From IMG/VR virus record IMGVR_UViG_3300044981_000214: a DNA stretch of 64,000 nucleotides; one strand, given 5' to 3'. The position numbers were made by a program, and so were the translations under genes. Below the pieces are notes generated by a model, which made no database searches, was not told the DNA's origin, and saw only the letters and a program-made list of their open reading frames with translations. This document shows, one piece after another, positions 30,621-41,264 of the stretch (position 1 is the first letter of the stretch; every line of letters begins with the position of its first letter). This DNA is from a virus (lineage: Duplodnaviria; Caudoviricetes).

Positions 30621-31067
30621 ATGATTACGAACCGTAAGCTATTCAATACGGCTTGGCGAATTTCTGAGGCATTCGATCTCTATGTAGACACCAACGCTGT
30701 TAGATCCGTTAGTCATGAACTTGCGCATGCGGCTCTATTGCGCCTTCCTTTAATAGACGATTTTGGATCTATCAAACGGTTGAGCGATCGAATTTCTTCT
30801 TCTATAGACAAACTAACTGAGGACGGTGCTCTCTGGCATGAGCTACGAGCCTGTGCCGTTGCCCAACGTGCAATGCGCGCTTTGGGTTATCATATGTCAA
30901 CTAGGACATTAACAATTGAAGCTCTGGATGGCATCGGTTATACCTTCTCCTATCGTGCTAGACTGAACTATAAACGTTCAGCGCGTTTCATCGAGACTGT
31001 TAAGATCGGTCAGCAAACCGTCCAAGGTGTGGTCGACCGCTTCCTCTATTTCTCCAGGACACCGTGA
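30621..31067 (+). CDS. Putative HExxH zinc-metallopeptidase-like protein
   Basis: HELAH motif with downstream HELRA. Confidence 0.45.
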   Translation: MITNRKLFNTAWRISEAFDLYVDTNAVRSVSHELAHAALLRLPLIDDFGSIKRLSDRISSSIDKLTEDGALWHELRACAVAQRAMRALGYHMSTRTLTIEALDGIGYTFSYRARLNYKRSARFIETVKIGQQTVQGVVDRFLYFSRTP

Positions 31068-31264
31068 GATTTAGTAGAGATTCAGACGAAGAAGCTTGCT
31101 GCGAAGTAATAAAGTTCGTAGGTAAACACGATACCTATGATGTATGTTGTATGCGTACTAAAAGGTCACGCAGGGGAGCATATTGCTGTGGCTTGTCATG
31201 CAGGTTTGGCAGACGGTGTTTGTTGGTGTTGTCGTAATAAATTAGGCCTGCCACATAAGGCAGA

Positions 31265-32086
31265 TTGCCTAACACTACGAGAGGAAATATGTTGAGATTA
31301 TCTATAGCATTGCCTGCTTATGGGCTACACCTAGATATTGGCCATGCAGCGATGTGGTTTGGTTTAGGTGCATCGATGCAGCAAGCCAGCGACAAAATCG
31401 AGCTTGCCTCGTTTGTCGAGTATCATATCAATGGAATCGATTTGTGTAGAAACACGGCCGTATGGGATGCACTACAGACCCCAGCTAGCCACCTCCTAAT
31501 GGTCGATGCTGACACTTATCATCGTTCTAGCGGCGAAGCTATTGCGGATGCGGGCACTGATATCGTACAAATGATTAGGGACGCAGATCGGATGGCTACG
31601 CCAGAGCTACAAGTTGACGGTAGCCACAAACTTGTACCAATCGAGCCTCCTAAATTAGCCGACGCTTATCTCCCTTTGCAACACACAGGTGTTGCAATGA
31701 TTGCTGCACCGGTCCGAGGGAGGGGCGGAAAGAGCGGCGTTTGTGTACAGAAACTTGTGCTAGAACGAACATCGGCAGGCGATATTATCAAACGACCAGG
31801 CGAGGCACTAACATTGGGGGAACTAACGGGCAAGGTTCAGCCCGTAGGCCGAATCGGCGGAGCCTTCATTGTTATTTCTCTTGATTGGCTTAGAACCCAT
31901 TGGCCAGACCCCCCCTGGTTCGTTATGGAGAATGCATACCCTCAAGGATCTAGACCTTCCAATGCGCGTGGTGAGGACTATACCTTTTGTGATGGTATAT
32001 ATAAACGTAACGGCCTTGTTCTATGCGATGGCCGATTCGTACCGTCGCATGTTGACCGTCGTCGGCTGGTTGGCGAGCAGACCTAA
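31265..32086 (+). CDS. GT-A fold (GT2-like) glycosyltransferase
   Basis: SIALPAY, CRN, LLMVDAD, GEDYTFC. Confidence 0.7.
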   Translation: MPNTTRGNMLRLSIALPAYGLHLDIGHAAMWFGLGASMQQASDKIELASFVEYHINGIDLCRNTAVWDALQTPASHLLMVDADTYHRSSGEAIADAGTDIVQMIRDADRMATPELQVDGSHKLVPIEPPKLADAYLPLQHTGVAMIAAPVRGRGGKSGVCVQKLVLERTSAGDIIKRPGEALTLGELTGKVQPVGRIGGAFIVISLDWLRTHWPDPPWFVMENAYPQGSRPSNARGEDYTFCDGIYKRNGLVLCDGRFVPSHVDRRRLVGEQT

Positions 32087-32423
32087 ACCTGCTAGTCAGA
32101 AATACGCAATGGCTCGCAAACTGGCAGTCGTCGATCCTACTCAGCCCAATCCTGTATTGTGCCAAGACCTCGATCTTGATAACGTTGAAGAGTTTAAACG
32201 CCTAGACTGCCGTCGGTACGAGAATTGTCTGACTATTGCAGCTAACAAAAACTTCGCGCAGTTTACTTGCAATGAGTGCAAGGCCTACGTCAAAGAAGCT
32301 CCTCGTGGGCCAGTAACCGTCAACAGTGAGCTAGCTACTTTTGCGGCTGCGATTTCTTTACTGACAGACCACGACTCTGATATAGACATCTGAGGATAAA
32401 TAACCTGCGAGGCGACATGCCGC

Positions 32424-33305
32424 ATGCCATCAACCGATAAACTTGAATCAGCTATAACCAACGCAAGAAAATTTCGGCCACGAACGCGAGAGTTATACCT
32501 TCAACACGTTCGCGGTTTCTTGCGCTTTGGTACAGGCAAACGCAAAGTTGACTTAGAACGCGTCGAGCTTTGGCGCGATAGCATGGTCGATCGCGGGGTG
32601 GCACCGCAAAGCATTAACGTTGCGTTGAATGCCTTACGGTTCGCTGTAAAGACGGCAGGCTTTACCTTCGGTGACGACATTCAAACCGTGCCCGTACCCG
32701 ATAAGGTAACTAGGAAAAGGAATCGGGCTCTGACCTGGAACGAAAGTATTAAGCTGTTAAATTCTTGCGCTACAGATCAGCCGCGGGACATTCGCGATAG
32801 AGCCATCATCACACTTGGCTTACGTACTGGCATGTTGCGCTTCAGCCTATGCCAGTTGAAACTAGACGATATAGACAGCGGGACTTTGACTTTCGTGAAA
32901 AAAGGCGGACGGAAGCATATTATCAGTCTAGACCACTGTACCGTTGTAGCGTTAACGGCATGGACCGACTGGCTAGCTTCAAATGGCGTGACTTCTGGTC
33001 CGTTGTTTAGAAGCCTCAGTAGACCAACGGCACGGAGTCTGGCTATCGGCCAGCCAAGAGTAGAAATAGGTGGTCTACTGACGCCTGACGGCTTATATCG
33101 AGCGTTCAAGCTTCGAGCGGAGTACGCCGGTATCGACGACTTGAATCCTAACATTTTTCGTCAAACGTTCATCGAGTGGTCCAAGAAAGCCGGGGCTAGT
33201 GCGTCGCAAATCGCGGCTGTCACTGGACATAAATCAGACGGTAACGAGAATAACCGTGAAGGACCTCCTGCCAATTTCTTACTCGACGGTTGGAAACATG
33301 ACTAA
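32424..33305 (+). CDS. Tyrosine-recombinase-fold protein, catalytically degenerate
   Basis: RDRAII..TGMLR; NIFR instead of HxxR; no Tyr after VTGH. Confidence 0.8.
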   Translation: MPSTDKLESAITNARKFRPRTRELYLQHVRGFLRFGTGKRKVDLERVELWRDSMVDRGVAPQSINVALNALRFAVKTAGFTFGDDIQTVPVPDKVTRKRNRALTWNESIKLLNSCATDQPRDIRDRAIITLGLRTGMLRFSLCQLKLDDIDSGTLTFVKKGGRKHIISLDHCTVVALTAWTDWLASNGVTSGPLFRSLSRPTARSLAIGQPRVEIGGLLTPDGLYRAFKLRAEYAGIDDLNPNIFRQTFIEWSKKAGASASQIAAVTGHKSDGNENNREGPPANFLLDGWKHD

Positions 33306-34555
33306 GCTAACCTACACTATAGTACAGCTTCTCAAGGAGTGCCATAAGTGTCACGGCAATGGCTTTTATCTTGAGAAACAAGGGCACGCATTTGTCGTTA
33401 TGCGCTGCAGTTGTTTAGCACGTTTGTTTAGTCGAGCACAATTCGCATGAAGACCGCTGAATTGCGTGAATGGGCCGAATACTGGACCAAGCAACCTGAC
33501 CAACCTGAGTATCCTAGGGCTACTGCCGTGCTTGAGTTGCTTGCTGTACTCGAAACGCTACTTCTTGAGCGTAAGGGACTCCGAGCTGAAGTTGAGCGTT
33601 TGACGGAGACTGTTAAACTTATGGAGACATACGATTAATGGCAACGACATTACCTATAGCTAGCGAGGAAGAACCTGAATACAAGTGGCGTAAGACTAAC
33701 GTCACTGACGTCATTATTCCTATCAATCTATTCATCGCTGGAGTACGCGCAGGGGTCTTCAAAGACGGTTATGGTGAATGCGTTGTCGAGGATAATGTAT
33801 CGAACATCCGGATCTATCCACAAGATTTAAGCAGGCCTAGCCAAACTACACACGTCTGTTGGCACGCTGCTAACGACGAGCCTTCCACGCTATCAGCGTG
33901 GCTTGCTATTATTGATAAGCTACTAATTGAACGTGATCGACTGATAGACTTTTATCGACCAGCCTTTGGCGCCACGGTGATCGCACGCTCGGGCCATTAC
34001 GATATTGCATCGGTAATGAAAGAAGAACGCGAGCACGTACTCACACGTGAAGGACTCGCGTCACTAGAAGAGGCCAAGATAAAGTGACAACTATCCAGAA
34101 AGTTTGTCTCGTCTGTGGTCATAAGTGCAAACGTAAGCTACTAGAGAGAATGTATTGCGTAGGCGTTCGAGGTGTTCATGAGACCGCCTCTGAGTTAGCA
34201 TTGTGTCCTTACGGCCACGGTGAAATGGCTAGGGTAGACGGTCTTGTCGAAACTAATGGAGTAGTTACTGGGAGAAGGCTATGAAAAAGCATCCAAGAAA
34301 AATTTGGGCTGCAGGATTCAATTTAGGCGGGTTATGGAATGACGAGCCTATTGCTATGCATTGGGCTTCAGCCCTAGACTGCTGGTACGATGACACAGGA
34401 AATCTGAGCGTCGAGAACCTTGGACTAGATAAGCAAGGCGATGGTTCATTAACAACCTTTAGCTCAACAAACAAACGAGAAGTCGAGATTTTTCTTCTTG
34501 CCTGTAAGACTGTAGGTGAGGCTGTTAATCGCTTGTTCGTGATGAGTCACGGGTA

Positions 34556-35890
34556 ATGACGCTTTTCAATTTCGATCGTGCTCACACTGCTCGCGTCGAT
34601 TACGTAGCATCGAATCTACGCGCTTGGCCTCAGGGCGTACCTCTTTCACTCAAGAAGGGTACACCGGCACATCAGGTCCCTAAGTTAGTTGACTTCCGTC
34701 GAGACGACGCCAAACTCGACGTTTCAGCGCTAAATCGAATTCTGACTATTGATCCAGTAAAACGTATTTGTGTAGCTGAATCGGGCGTGACATTCGATCA
34801 GCTTGTACGCGCTTGTCTACGCCATGGGCTCATGCCTATTATTGTCCCCGAGCTGTCGTCAATTACGATTGGTGGTGCTGTAACAGGCTGTTCTTTAGAG
34901 TCCGCGTCGTTCCGCTACGGCGGATTTCATGACACTTGTCTCGCATACGAAATAGTCACGACAGCCGGAGACGTAATCCACTGCACGCCAGACAACGCCC
35001 ACGCTTTCGTATTCGAGATGATGCACGGGTCGTTCGGGACATTAGGCGTACTTACCGCCCTCATGTTTCGATTGATCCCAGCAAGAAAACATGTAGCCGT
35101 CAGCTATACGCGCTACGATAAATTATCCGACTACCTAGCAGCTATTCAAAATAACTGCGCCTTAGATAGCCAAGCTGATTTCGTAGATGGGATCATGCAT
35201 GCACCGGACTGCTATGCATTAGCTGTAGGGACGTTTGCCGACATCGTGCCCTATACACATTCCTACGATTGGACTAGGGTCTATTACAAGTCCACCAGGA
35301 CTCGAACTGAAGATTACCTGCGAACCTATGACTACCTATTTCGCTACGACCGTGGTGTCACCAACGTAACACCGTCTTCATGGGTGGGGAGATTGCTATT
35401 CGGTCGGTTTGCGACTTCCAAGCGGGTCATGTGGCTAGCCAATAAGTTCCCGTGGTTAGCAGGGCGTGATAGACCTAAAGTAACACTTGATGTATTTGTA
35501 CCACTGTCGCGTGTGCCGGACTTCATGCAGTGGTATACTGGCAAAGTCAATCACTTCCCACTATGGGCTGTGCCCTATCGACGAGTTCGAGATTACCCCT
35601 GGCTCACACCTAGTGTCTATGAAGGTCTTACCGATGAGTTGTTTCTTGATATTGCCATCTATGGTATGGCTCAACCGGATAATGTAAACGTGTATCGCGA
35701 GATCGAGAAAGAGTTGATGGCTATCGGCGGTGTCAAGACGCTAATCGCGCACAATTACTACTCGAAGAGTGAGTTCTGGCAGACCTGGAATCAAGAAAAT
35801 CATCTAAAGGCTAAAGCTATTACAGACCCAAGAAATAGGCTACGTGACTTGTATGAGAAGACTTGTCGAGCAGCGATGGGGCTAAAGTGA
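34556..35890 (+). CDS. FAD-linked oxidoreductase (VAO/PCMH fold, DHCR24-like)
   Basis: IVPELSSITIGGAVTGCSLESASFRYGGFHD; HGSFGTLG. Confidence 0.85.
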   Translation: MTLFNFDRAHTARVDYVASNLRAWPQGVPLSLKKGTPAHQVPKLVDFRRDDAKLDVSALNRILTIDPVKRICVAESGVTFDQLVRACLRHGLMPIIVPELSSITIGGAVTGCSLESASFRYGGFHDTCLAYEIVTTAGDVIHCTPDNAHAFVFEMMHGSFGTLGVLTALMFRLIPARKHVAVSYTRYDKLSDYLAAIQNNCALDSQADFVDGIMHAPDCYALAVGTFADIVPYTHSYDWTRVYYKSTRTRTEDYLRTYDYLFRYDRGVTNVTPSSWVGRLLFGRFATSKRVMWLANKFPWLAGRDRPKVTLDVFVPLSRVPDFMQWYTGKVNHFPLWAVPYRRVRDYPWLTPSVYEGLTDELFLDIAIYGMAQPDNVNVYREIEKELMAIGGVKTLIAHNYYSKSEFWQTWNQENHLKAKAITDPRNRLRDLYEKTCRAAMGLK

Positions 35891-36737
35891 TATACACAAT
35901 TGAGGATTGTCTCGTGGTTTTATTAGGGCTAATTATATTGGTTATCGGGGTAGTCGCGGTATCGGGATCTTGGGGAGCAACGATAAAACCTGTTAATCAA
36001 TCAACGCGTATAGTTACTAAGCCCGCTCCGCTTCCTATCGCTACAGTGCTTAAGAGGACACGTGAACAACAAAGACGCTAAAGAACAAGCTACTCAATGG
36101 TTTGCCGAGTGGCAGGCACACTTTGATCGAGGCGCCAATTCCGATGGCATTGACGGTATCTACGATAATTTAGACGACGCACTTCTAGACGGTCACTTTG
36201 AAGTCGTTCGTGAAGTGTTTAAACTAGCGCTTGTGAAGACTACCCTGCGACGTTCAGGGTACCTGTCCATGTTGACGATCAGCAGGCCGTGGCGAGCTAA
36301 GCTTCAGCCCGAGTTCGATGCACTTCGCGATGCACAGCCGCGGGAACTTGTAAGACATCTTTATACAACTACCTAACCACAATAATTACGGTAATTTAAT
36401 GAGCAACAACACTGATCAGCCTATACCAATCCGACCATTTAACCCTCCAACAACTTCTCCTCAAGCCATTGAACAAATTACGTGGTTCTCTGACCGGATT
36501 CTGTTCGAGCTTATCCGTGAGACTGATGACGAAGATGTTGTTGAATGGGAGCGTACTTTATCGCGTACGCAGAATGGCGATTTCAATCAGACCCATTTCA
36601 ATGACAATTGCAAGACCATGCACAATGAAGCATATAGGTTAGCGACAAGAGAAGAAGACCGAACCGAACATCGTGAACGAAGACTCGCACGCAAGCGTGC
36701 TCAAGTAGGCTAAAATCTCTACTCAAGGACTTAATTT

Positions 36738-37034
36738 ATGAACCTCAAAGAGCTTCAGCAAGAAGTAAACAAGCGGTGGACGCTTCAGTGCGGCAACCCG
36801 TGCCATAAGTCAGCTGATCCCGGACACGCTCTTGTGCACATGACCAAAGCGCTGGGCAAGATAGCGTCTGCATTCAATGACGCTGAGCACGAACAGCGCG
36901 AAGTCCGTTCTGACGAAGTAGGAAAGTATTTGGCTGATCTAGTTATTTGCGCTGCGCGCTTTGCACAGGACAACATCGATCTCGATGAAGCATGTCTGCG
37001 ACGATTGGCCGAGAAGTTTACACTGAACGTCTAA
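36738..37034 (+). CDS. MazG-like all-alpha protein
   Basis: MNLKELQ...GKIA...LADLVI...IDLDEA. Confidence 0.55.
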   Translation: MNLKELQQEVNKRWTLQCGNPCHKSADPGHALVHMTKALGKIASAFNDAEHEQREVRSDEVGKYLADLVICAARFAQDNIDLDEACLRRLAEKFTLNV

Positions 37035-39577
37035 TGTCTCTCGCGGCCGACCTTTTCGACGCTACCGTCAGGATGACTCTTGCTGAAGATCGAGTCACTG
37101 AGGCGTTGATTGCATTGGTCGGTATCGAGAACTGGGACGACTTTACTAGTGACTACTACGACGAATCGATCGAGATCTACGGGTGCAAGTTTGTGCTGGC
37201 TGACGCCGAGAAAGAAAATGCAATCTCCGACGAGATTGCAGCAGGTATAGGTGCTATGGGATTTGCGAGAGCCTGGATTCATCCCCATGAGAAAGATGAA
37301 CGTTACCCCAAAGGCTGCTTGTGTAGGAGTATCGTTCTGCCACAAGTTAAATCAAAATGAAGTTATTAGGCACGCGATACGTTCACGATGACGGAACCGA
37401 ACTAACAATGGAGGAGCTGTGTCTGCACGTGAAACGTGGGACATACCCGATCCCAATGTCTGGAGAACCTCCACACTGCAGTAACTGTGGTTGCTCTGAG
37501 AGCATGCACAACCGACCAGGGTACAATCGCGGTAGCACGCATTGGGGACCTGGATGTGACATTCACAATGATCATTGGCTACTGTTGGGGTGGATTCGAT
37601 TTAGCGCCCGGCGGAACGCATACAAGTACCTGTACGCATCGCAACGGCTGTAAAGAGTGGTGTCCCTACAGAGACGAGATAGTTGCTTGTGATGCAGAAG
37701 AGCAAGGTGATCTAGCCCTTGCCAAGAAAATTCGCGACAATGCTAAGGCTAGAGGCGACGCGTATAGAGCACGGTTAAATGTTACCAACAGCTAGATTAC
37801 GCGGTGATGTGTCCCTCTGGCGCCGCTTCGTTGGTTGGTTGAATGGACCGTCCAGACCGCTCTGTTCAGATTGCAAAGAGCCTCTTGACCCTCATCCAGA
37901 ATACGGAGAAATAGGTTGCCTTTGTGATTACTTCTCCACCGGCAGTAGCATCCACACCTGGAACACATGAGCACCAAAATCTGGGAAGCCTATAGACTCA
38001 AAAAAGACTATGATCTTTGGGAAGTCACTACGGATCTTCGCCATCGCGCTGAGCGCAACATCAAACGATCGCTTGCTAAGCTCTATCAAGCCTTGGTCGA
38101 AGACGCTAAGAAACAACCCAAAGATCGGGTCTGGTTTCCTCACGAGCAGGATCTGTCCAATTTCTCTATCATGCGTGCTCACGATCATGTGCTCAAAGCA
38201 TATCGCGCAAACTTTGGCCTCCGTGAGCGGGACACTTTCGATTTCGACGTATCGATTACGATTCGGCGTACGCTGAGAGGCAAACGATATCTATTGATTC
38301 CTTATCCTGGGTCGTCAGGAATTACAGGTAACGCGCTCCACTTCATGCGTAAGCACGAAGCCCTTGAGGACTATCACTTCCAGGACCAAAGCGATCAGCC
38401 TGACAATATTTCTTCCCGAGAATGGCATGAACGAGGACGGACTTGGGCGCCACTACTTGAAGACAGCAGATGGCGTGACATCTTCTTGATCGAGGTTCTA
38501 TCCGTCAGTAACTTTTGGACGGTATCGCCAGCATACGACATGATGCTAAAATCCATGAACAGGAAGGCCAAGTGATATGGCTGACGGCTGTAAAACGCTA
38601 TTCGACATTGCAGCGTGCATAACGTTATCGCCTGACGGTGGCCCCCGTGAATATCGTCAACGCGGAAAAGAACTGCCCGAGAAATATCTTCCCGGACGTT
38701 ATCTGGCCTGGCTTCAGCCCGAAACGCGTGAAGCGGTTATCAAGGCTGCGAACGGCAAGAATGAAATCGCTCCGTGGGCCTTGAAAAAGATAATCGACGA
38801 TGAAACTGAAACTGACCCGATGAAGAAGGCAGGCCAGTATTTCAAGAACGGTAAACTACCGGCTCCACCACGGGGCTCGGGTCGTCGTCGAGGTTAACCA
38901 GTGACTGAATCTACTTATAGTACTCGCGAGTTTGCTAGGTTTCTATTCCACATAACCTTTGATCTATTAAATCCACCCAATACAGCCAACGTTACTTTAC
39001 TACCTCCCGCAAACTATGTGATGAGGCGCGTCGCTACGGTCTTAGAACGTACGTTAGCGCAGGCGAATGAGCTTAAGCTTGAATACGGTTTAACAGCTAA
39101 TCATTTGCATGCTCTTAGTGCTGTGATGTCAGGTTTAGTTAAGGTACCTGACGATTATACGATGACGATTATACGATTCCTCGTGACAACTACACGCCTG
39201 TAAATCCCGAATCGCCTTGGCTTGCCGTCCATGTAGAATTATTACGGTGCTGTATGTTTGGACAGGGAATGGGCTCTGACTCAGTTGCTAAACGCAGCGA
39301 AATACCGCAGAATGATCAATAAGACAACAACAAATGCCTAATCCAGTTCGCGCTGATCGTTTGACACACAATGAAGAGGCCGTAGCCGACGAGATCGAGA
39401 AAGACCTCGCTAAGCTATTTGACAAATGGGGCTTCAAAGGCTTCCCAAAGAATGTAGTAGTGCCCATGGCATTACTGCTATCTATTGACGAAGCTAAACG
39501 CGCTGGTATCAGCTACAAATCTGTATTAGAGACGGTTCAGATGGTATTTGGGCGTAAGCTAAGTTAAACTGTATCGT

Positions 39578-39675
39578 ATGCCCTGCACACAAAAAACCCT
39601 TACGGCGGTCCTTTGATCGGAGGTTTGTTAGGTTTGGGAGTTGGGGCGTTACTACCAGCTAAGTGTCAATCTTGA
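39578..39675 (+). pseudogene. Frameshifted glycine-zipper micropeptide
   Basis: TAAACT-N7-ATG; one extra A in the A6 run would give MPCTQKNPYGGPLIGGLLGLGVGALLPAKCQS*. Confidence 0.4.
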
Positions 39676-39681
39676 AACCGA

Positions 39682-40380
39682 TTACTTGCGTCGATTTGAC
39701 AGTATCAAAGCAATAGCGCCTATACCTAACAACGCCGCTCCACCGATAGCCAAATACTTGGCGGTTGGACTAGAAAACAGTCCTACGGAACTTGCAGCTG
39801 CCACTGCTGACGGTCCAATAGATGGCACCGACGCCGACTGTGTTCCTTGATAGCAAGGTGACGAAGAAAGATTTGGGTCCGTTGTGACGCCTTGACATGT
39901 AGCAGCGCTGATCGCGTTGCCATTATCATCCAACGGGACAGTACAATTTGGATCGCTACCACACGCACTGATCTGTACCTGCGTTAGTGTACTAGATGTT
40001 TGCGTTGGTCCCTGTGCCTGAGAAGCCATTGCAGTCGCTTGCTGCATCGCCGGTTGTAGAGCGTTACTTACCGCGGGCCAGATTTGGCTGTTACACCCGC
40101 CCGGTAAGAAAGCAGCTGTAGATACTGCACCATCCCCACCTGACAGTGTTAGTGTTAACGTCTGACTACCGTCGTATACACCAGATATCACTACACCGTG
40201 CATACTTGCATTGGCGGACGATACTGAATAATTGTTACCTGACACAGTTACTGTGAAACCGGAGGACTGTAGTATCTGGACTAAGTTTGCCAGAACTTGC
40301 GGTGTGATATTTGAGATTGTTTGCGATCCGCAAGATGACGCGTCTCCAAAACCGGATCCTGTGTATACAGCTTGTAGCAT
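39682..40380 (-). CDS. Ser/Thr-rich tail-anchored protein with FGD leader
   Basis: MLQAVYTGSGFGD; C-terminal TM + NRRK. Confidence 0.75.
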   Translation of the reverse strand: MLQAVYTGSGFGDASSCGSQTISNITPQVLANLVQILQSSGFTVTVSGNNYSVSSANASMHGVVISGVYDGSQTLTLTLSGGDGAVSTAAFLPGGCNSQIWPAVSNALQPAMQQATAMASQAQGPTQTSSTLTQVQISACGSDPNCTVPLDDNGNAISAATCQGVTTDPNLSSSPCYQGTQSASVPSIGPSAVAAASSVGLFSSPTAKYLAIGGAALLGIGAIALILSNRRK

Positions 40381-40385
40381 ATTCC

Positions 40386-41264
40386 TCAGCCCTTTCTTCG
40401 TATACGCTTACGACGTCGTTGTGTGCCAAAGCCGGAATTCATACGACGTTTGGCTATGTAGTAAGCTGTATAGCCAATCAATGCCAAACCTGCTATTGTC
40501 AATATCCCGTAGATTATCTGTTGTCCCTTAGTCAACGACCCTGCGGTAGCTGCAACCCCACCTTGTTCGAGATCTGCGTCACCAGGACCTATGCTCGTAT
40601 CCGTGCTCGCACTTCCCGAAGCATCAATTGTTGCTTGTTGTACAACCGCGCCCGATCCCATCGTTGCATTGTTAATCAATGACAGATACAAATTTTGTGC
40701 AAACGGTACGGCGCCGGCTGCCTGGAAATGGACACCGTCAGCTGTACGATTATCGGTGCTGGATATAAGGCGGCTATCGATTACATGATCAGCCCCAAAT
40801 ACATTCTGCAGCGTGCTATAGACTACTTGAGCTTGGGCATTACGATTTGCATCAGCAAATATGGGCGGTCCGATTGCCCATGCCTCGGCGTTAGGGAAAG
40901 CTTGACGGATTTGAGTAAAGGCGTTGGCATCTGCAGTAGGATCGAGCCCAAGGTCATTGGTACCAAGAAATACGACTAACTGTGTAGGAGAAAAAACTTG
41001 GTCGGAACTAATCAAGTCTACACCAGTATGAAACTGATACCGTGCACCACCAGTCCAGAAATTTGGCGCAGACCTGCTAACGTTGGCATCGATACGAACG
41101 CCTTGTGCACCGTTTTCCCATAGCATGGACGCTAACAAGTCGCCGGGAGCGGAGCTAGCACGCGTTGAACCTTGATTTACGTCCCAGATTTCTGGATCCG
41201 AGTCAAGACCGTGATGGGAAAGTGAGTCTCCGAACAGCAGTATGCGTTCGCCTTGAACGTTCAC
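40386..41264 (-). CDS. SGNH/GDSL hydrolase with C-terminal TM and basic tail
   Basis: FGDSL, LGTND, DGVH; TM then SGFG-TQRRRKRIRRKG. Confidence 0.85.
   Translation of the reverse strand: MNVQGERILLFGDSLSHHGLDSDPEIWDVNQGSTRASSAPGDLLASMLWENGAQGVRIDANVSRSAPNFWTGGARYQFHTGVDLISSDQVFSPTQLVVFLGTNDLGLDPTADANAFTQIRQAFPNAEAWAIGPPIFADANRNAQAQVVYSTLQNVFGADHVIDSRLISSTDNRTADGVHFQAAGAVPFAQNLYLSLINNATMGSGAVVQQATIDASGSASTDTSIGPGDADLEQGGVAATAGSLTKGQQIIYGILTIAGLALIGYTAYYIAKRRMNSGFGTQRRRKRIRRKG

Larger units (their letters stand above)
28239..39567 (+). other. Long plus-strand run of mostly small hypothetical phage genes
   Basis: Abutting ORFs (28239, 28483, 28885, 29327, 30112, 32109, 33447, 33638, 34084, 34281, 36062, 36399, 36992, 37357, 37967, 38577, 38901, 39334). 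Confidence 0.65.
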
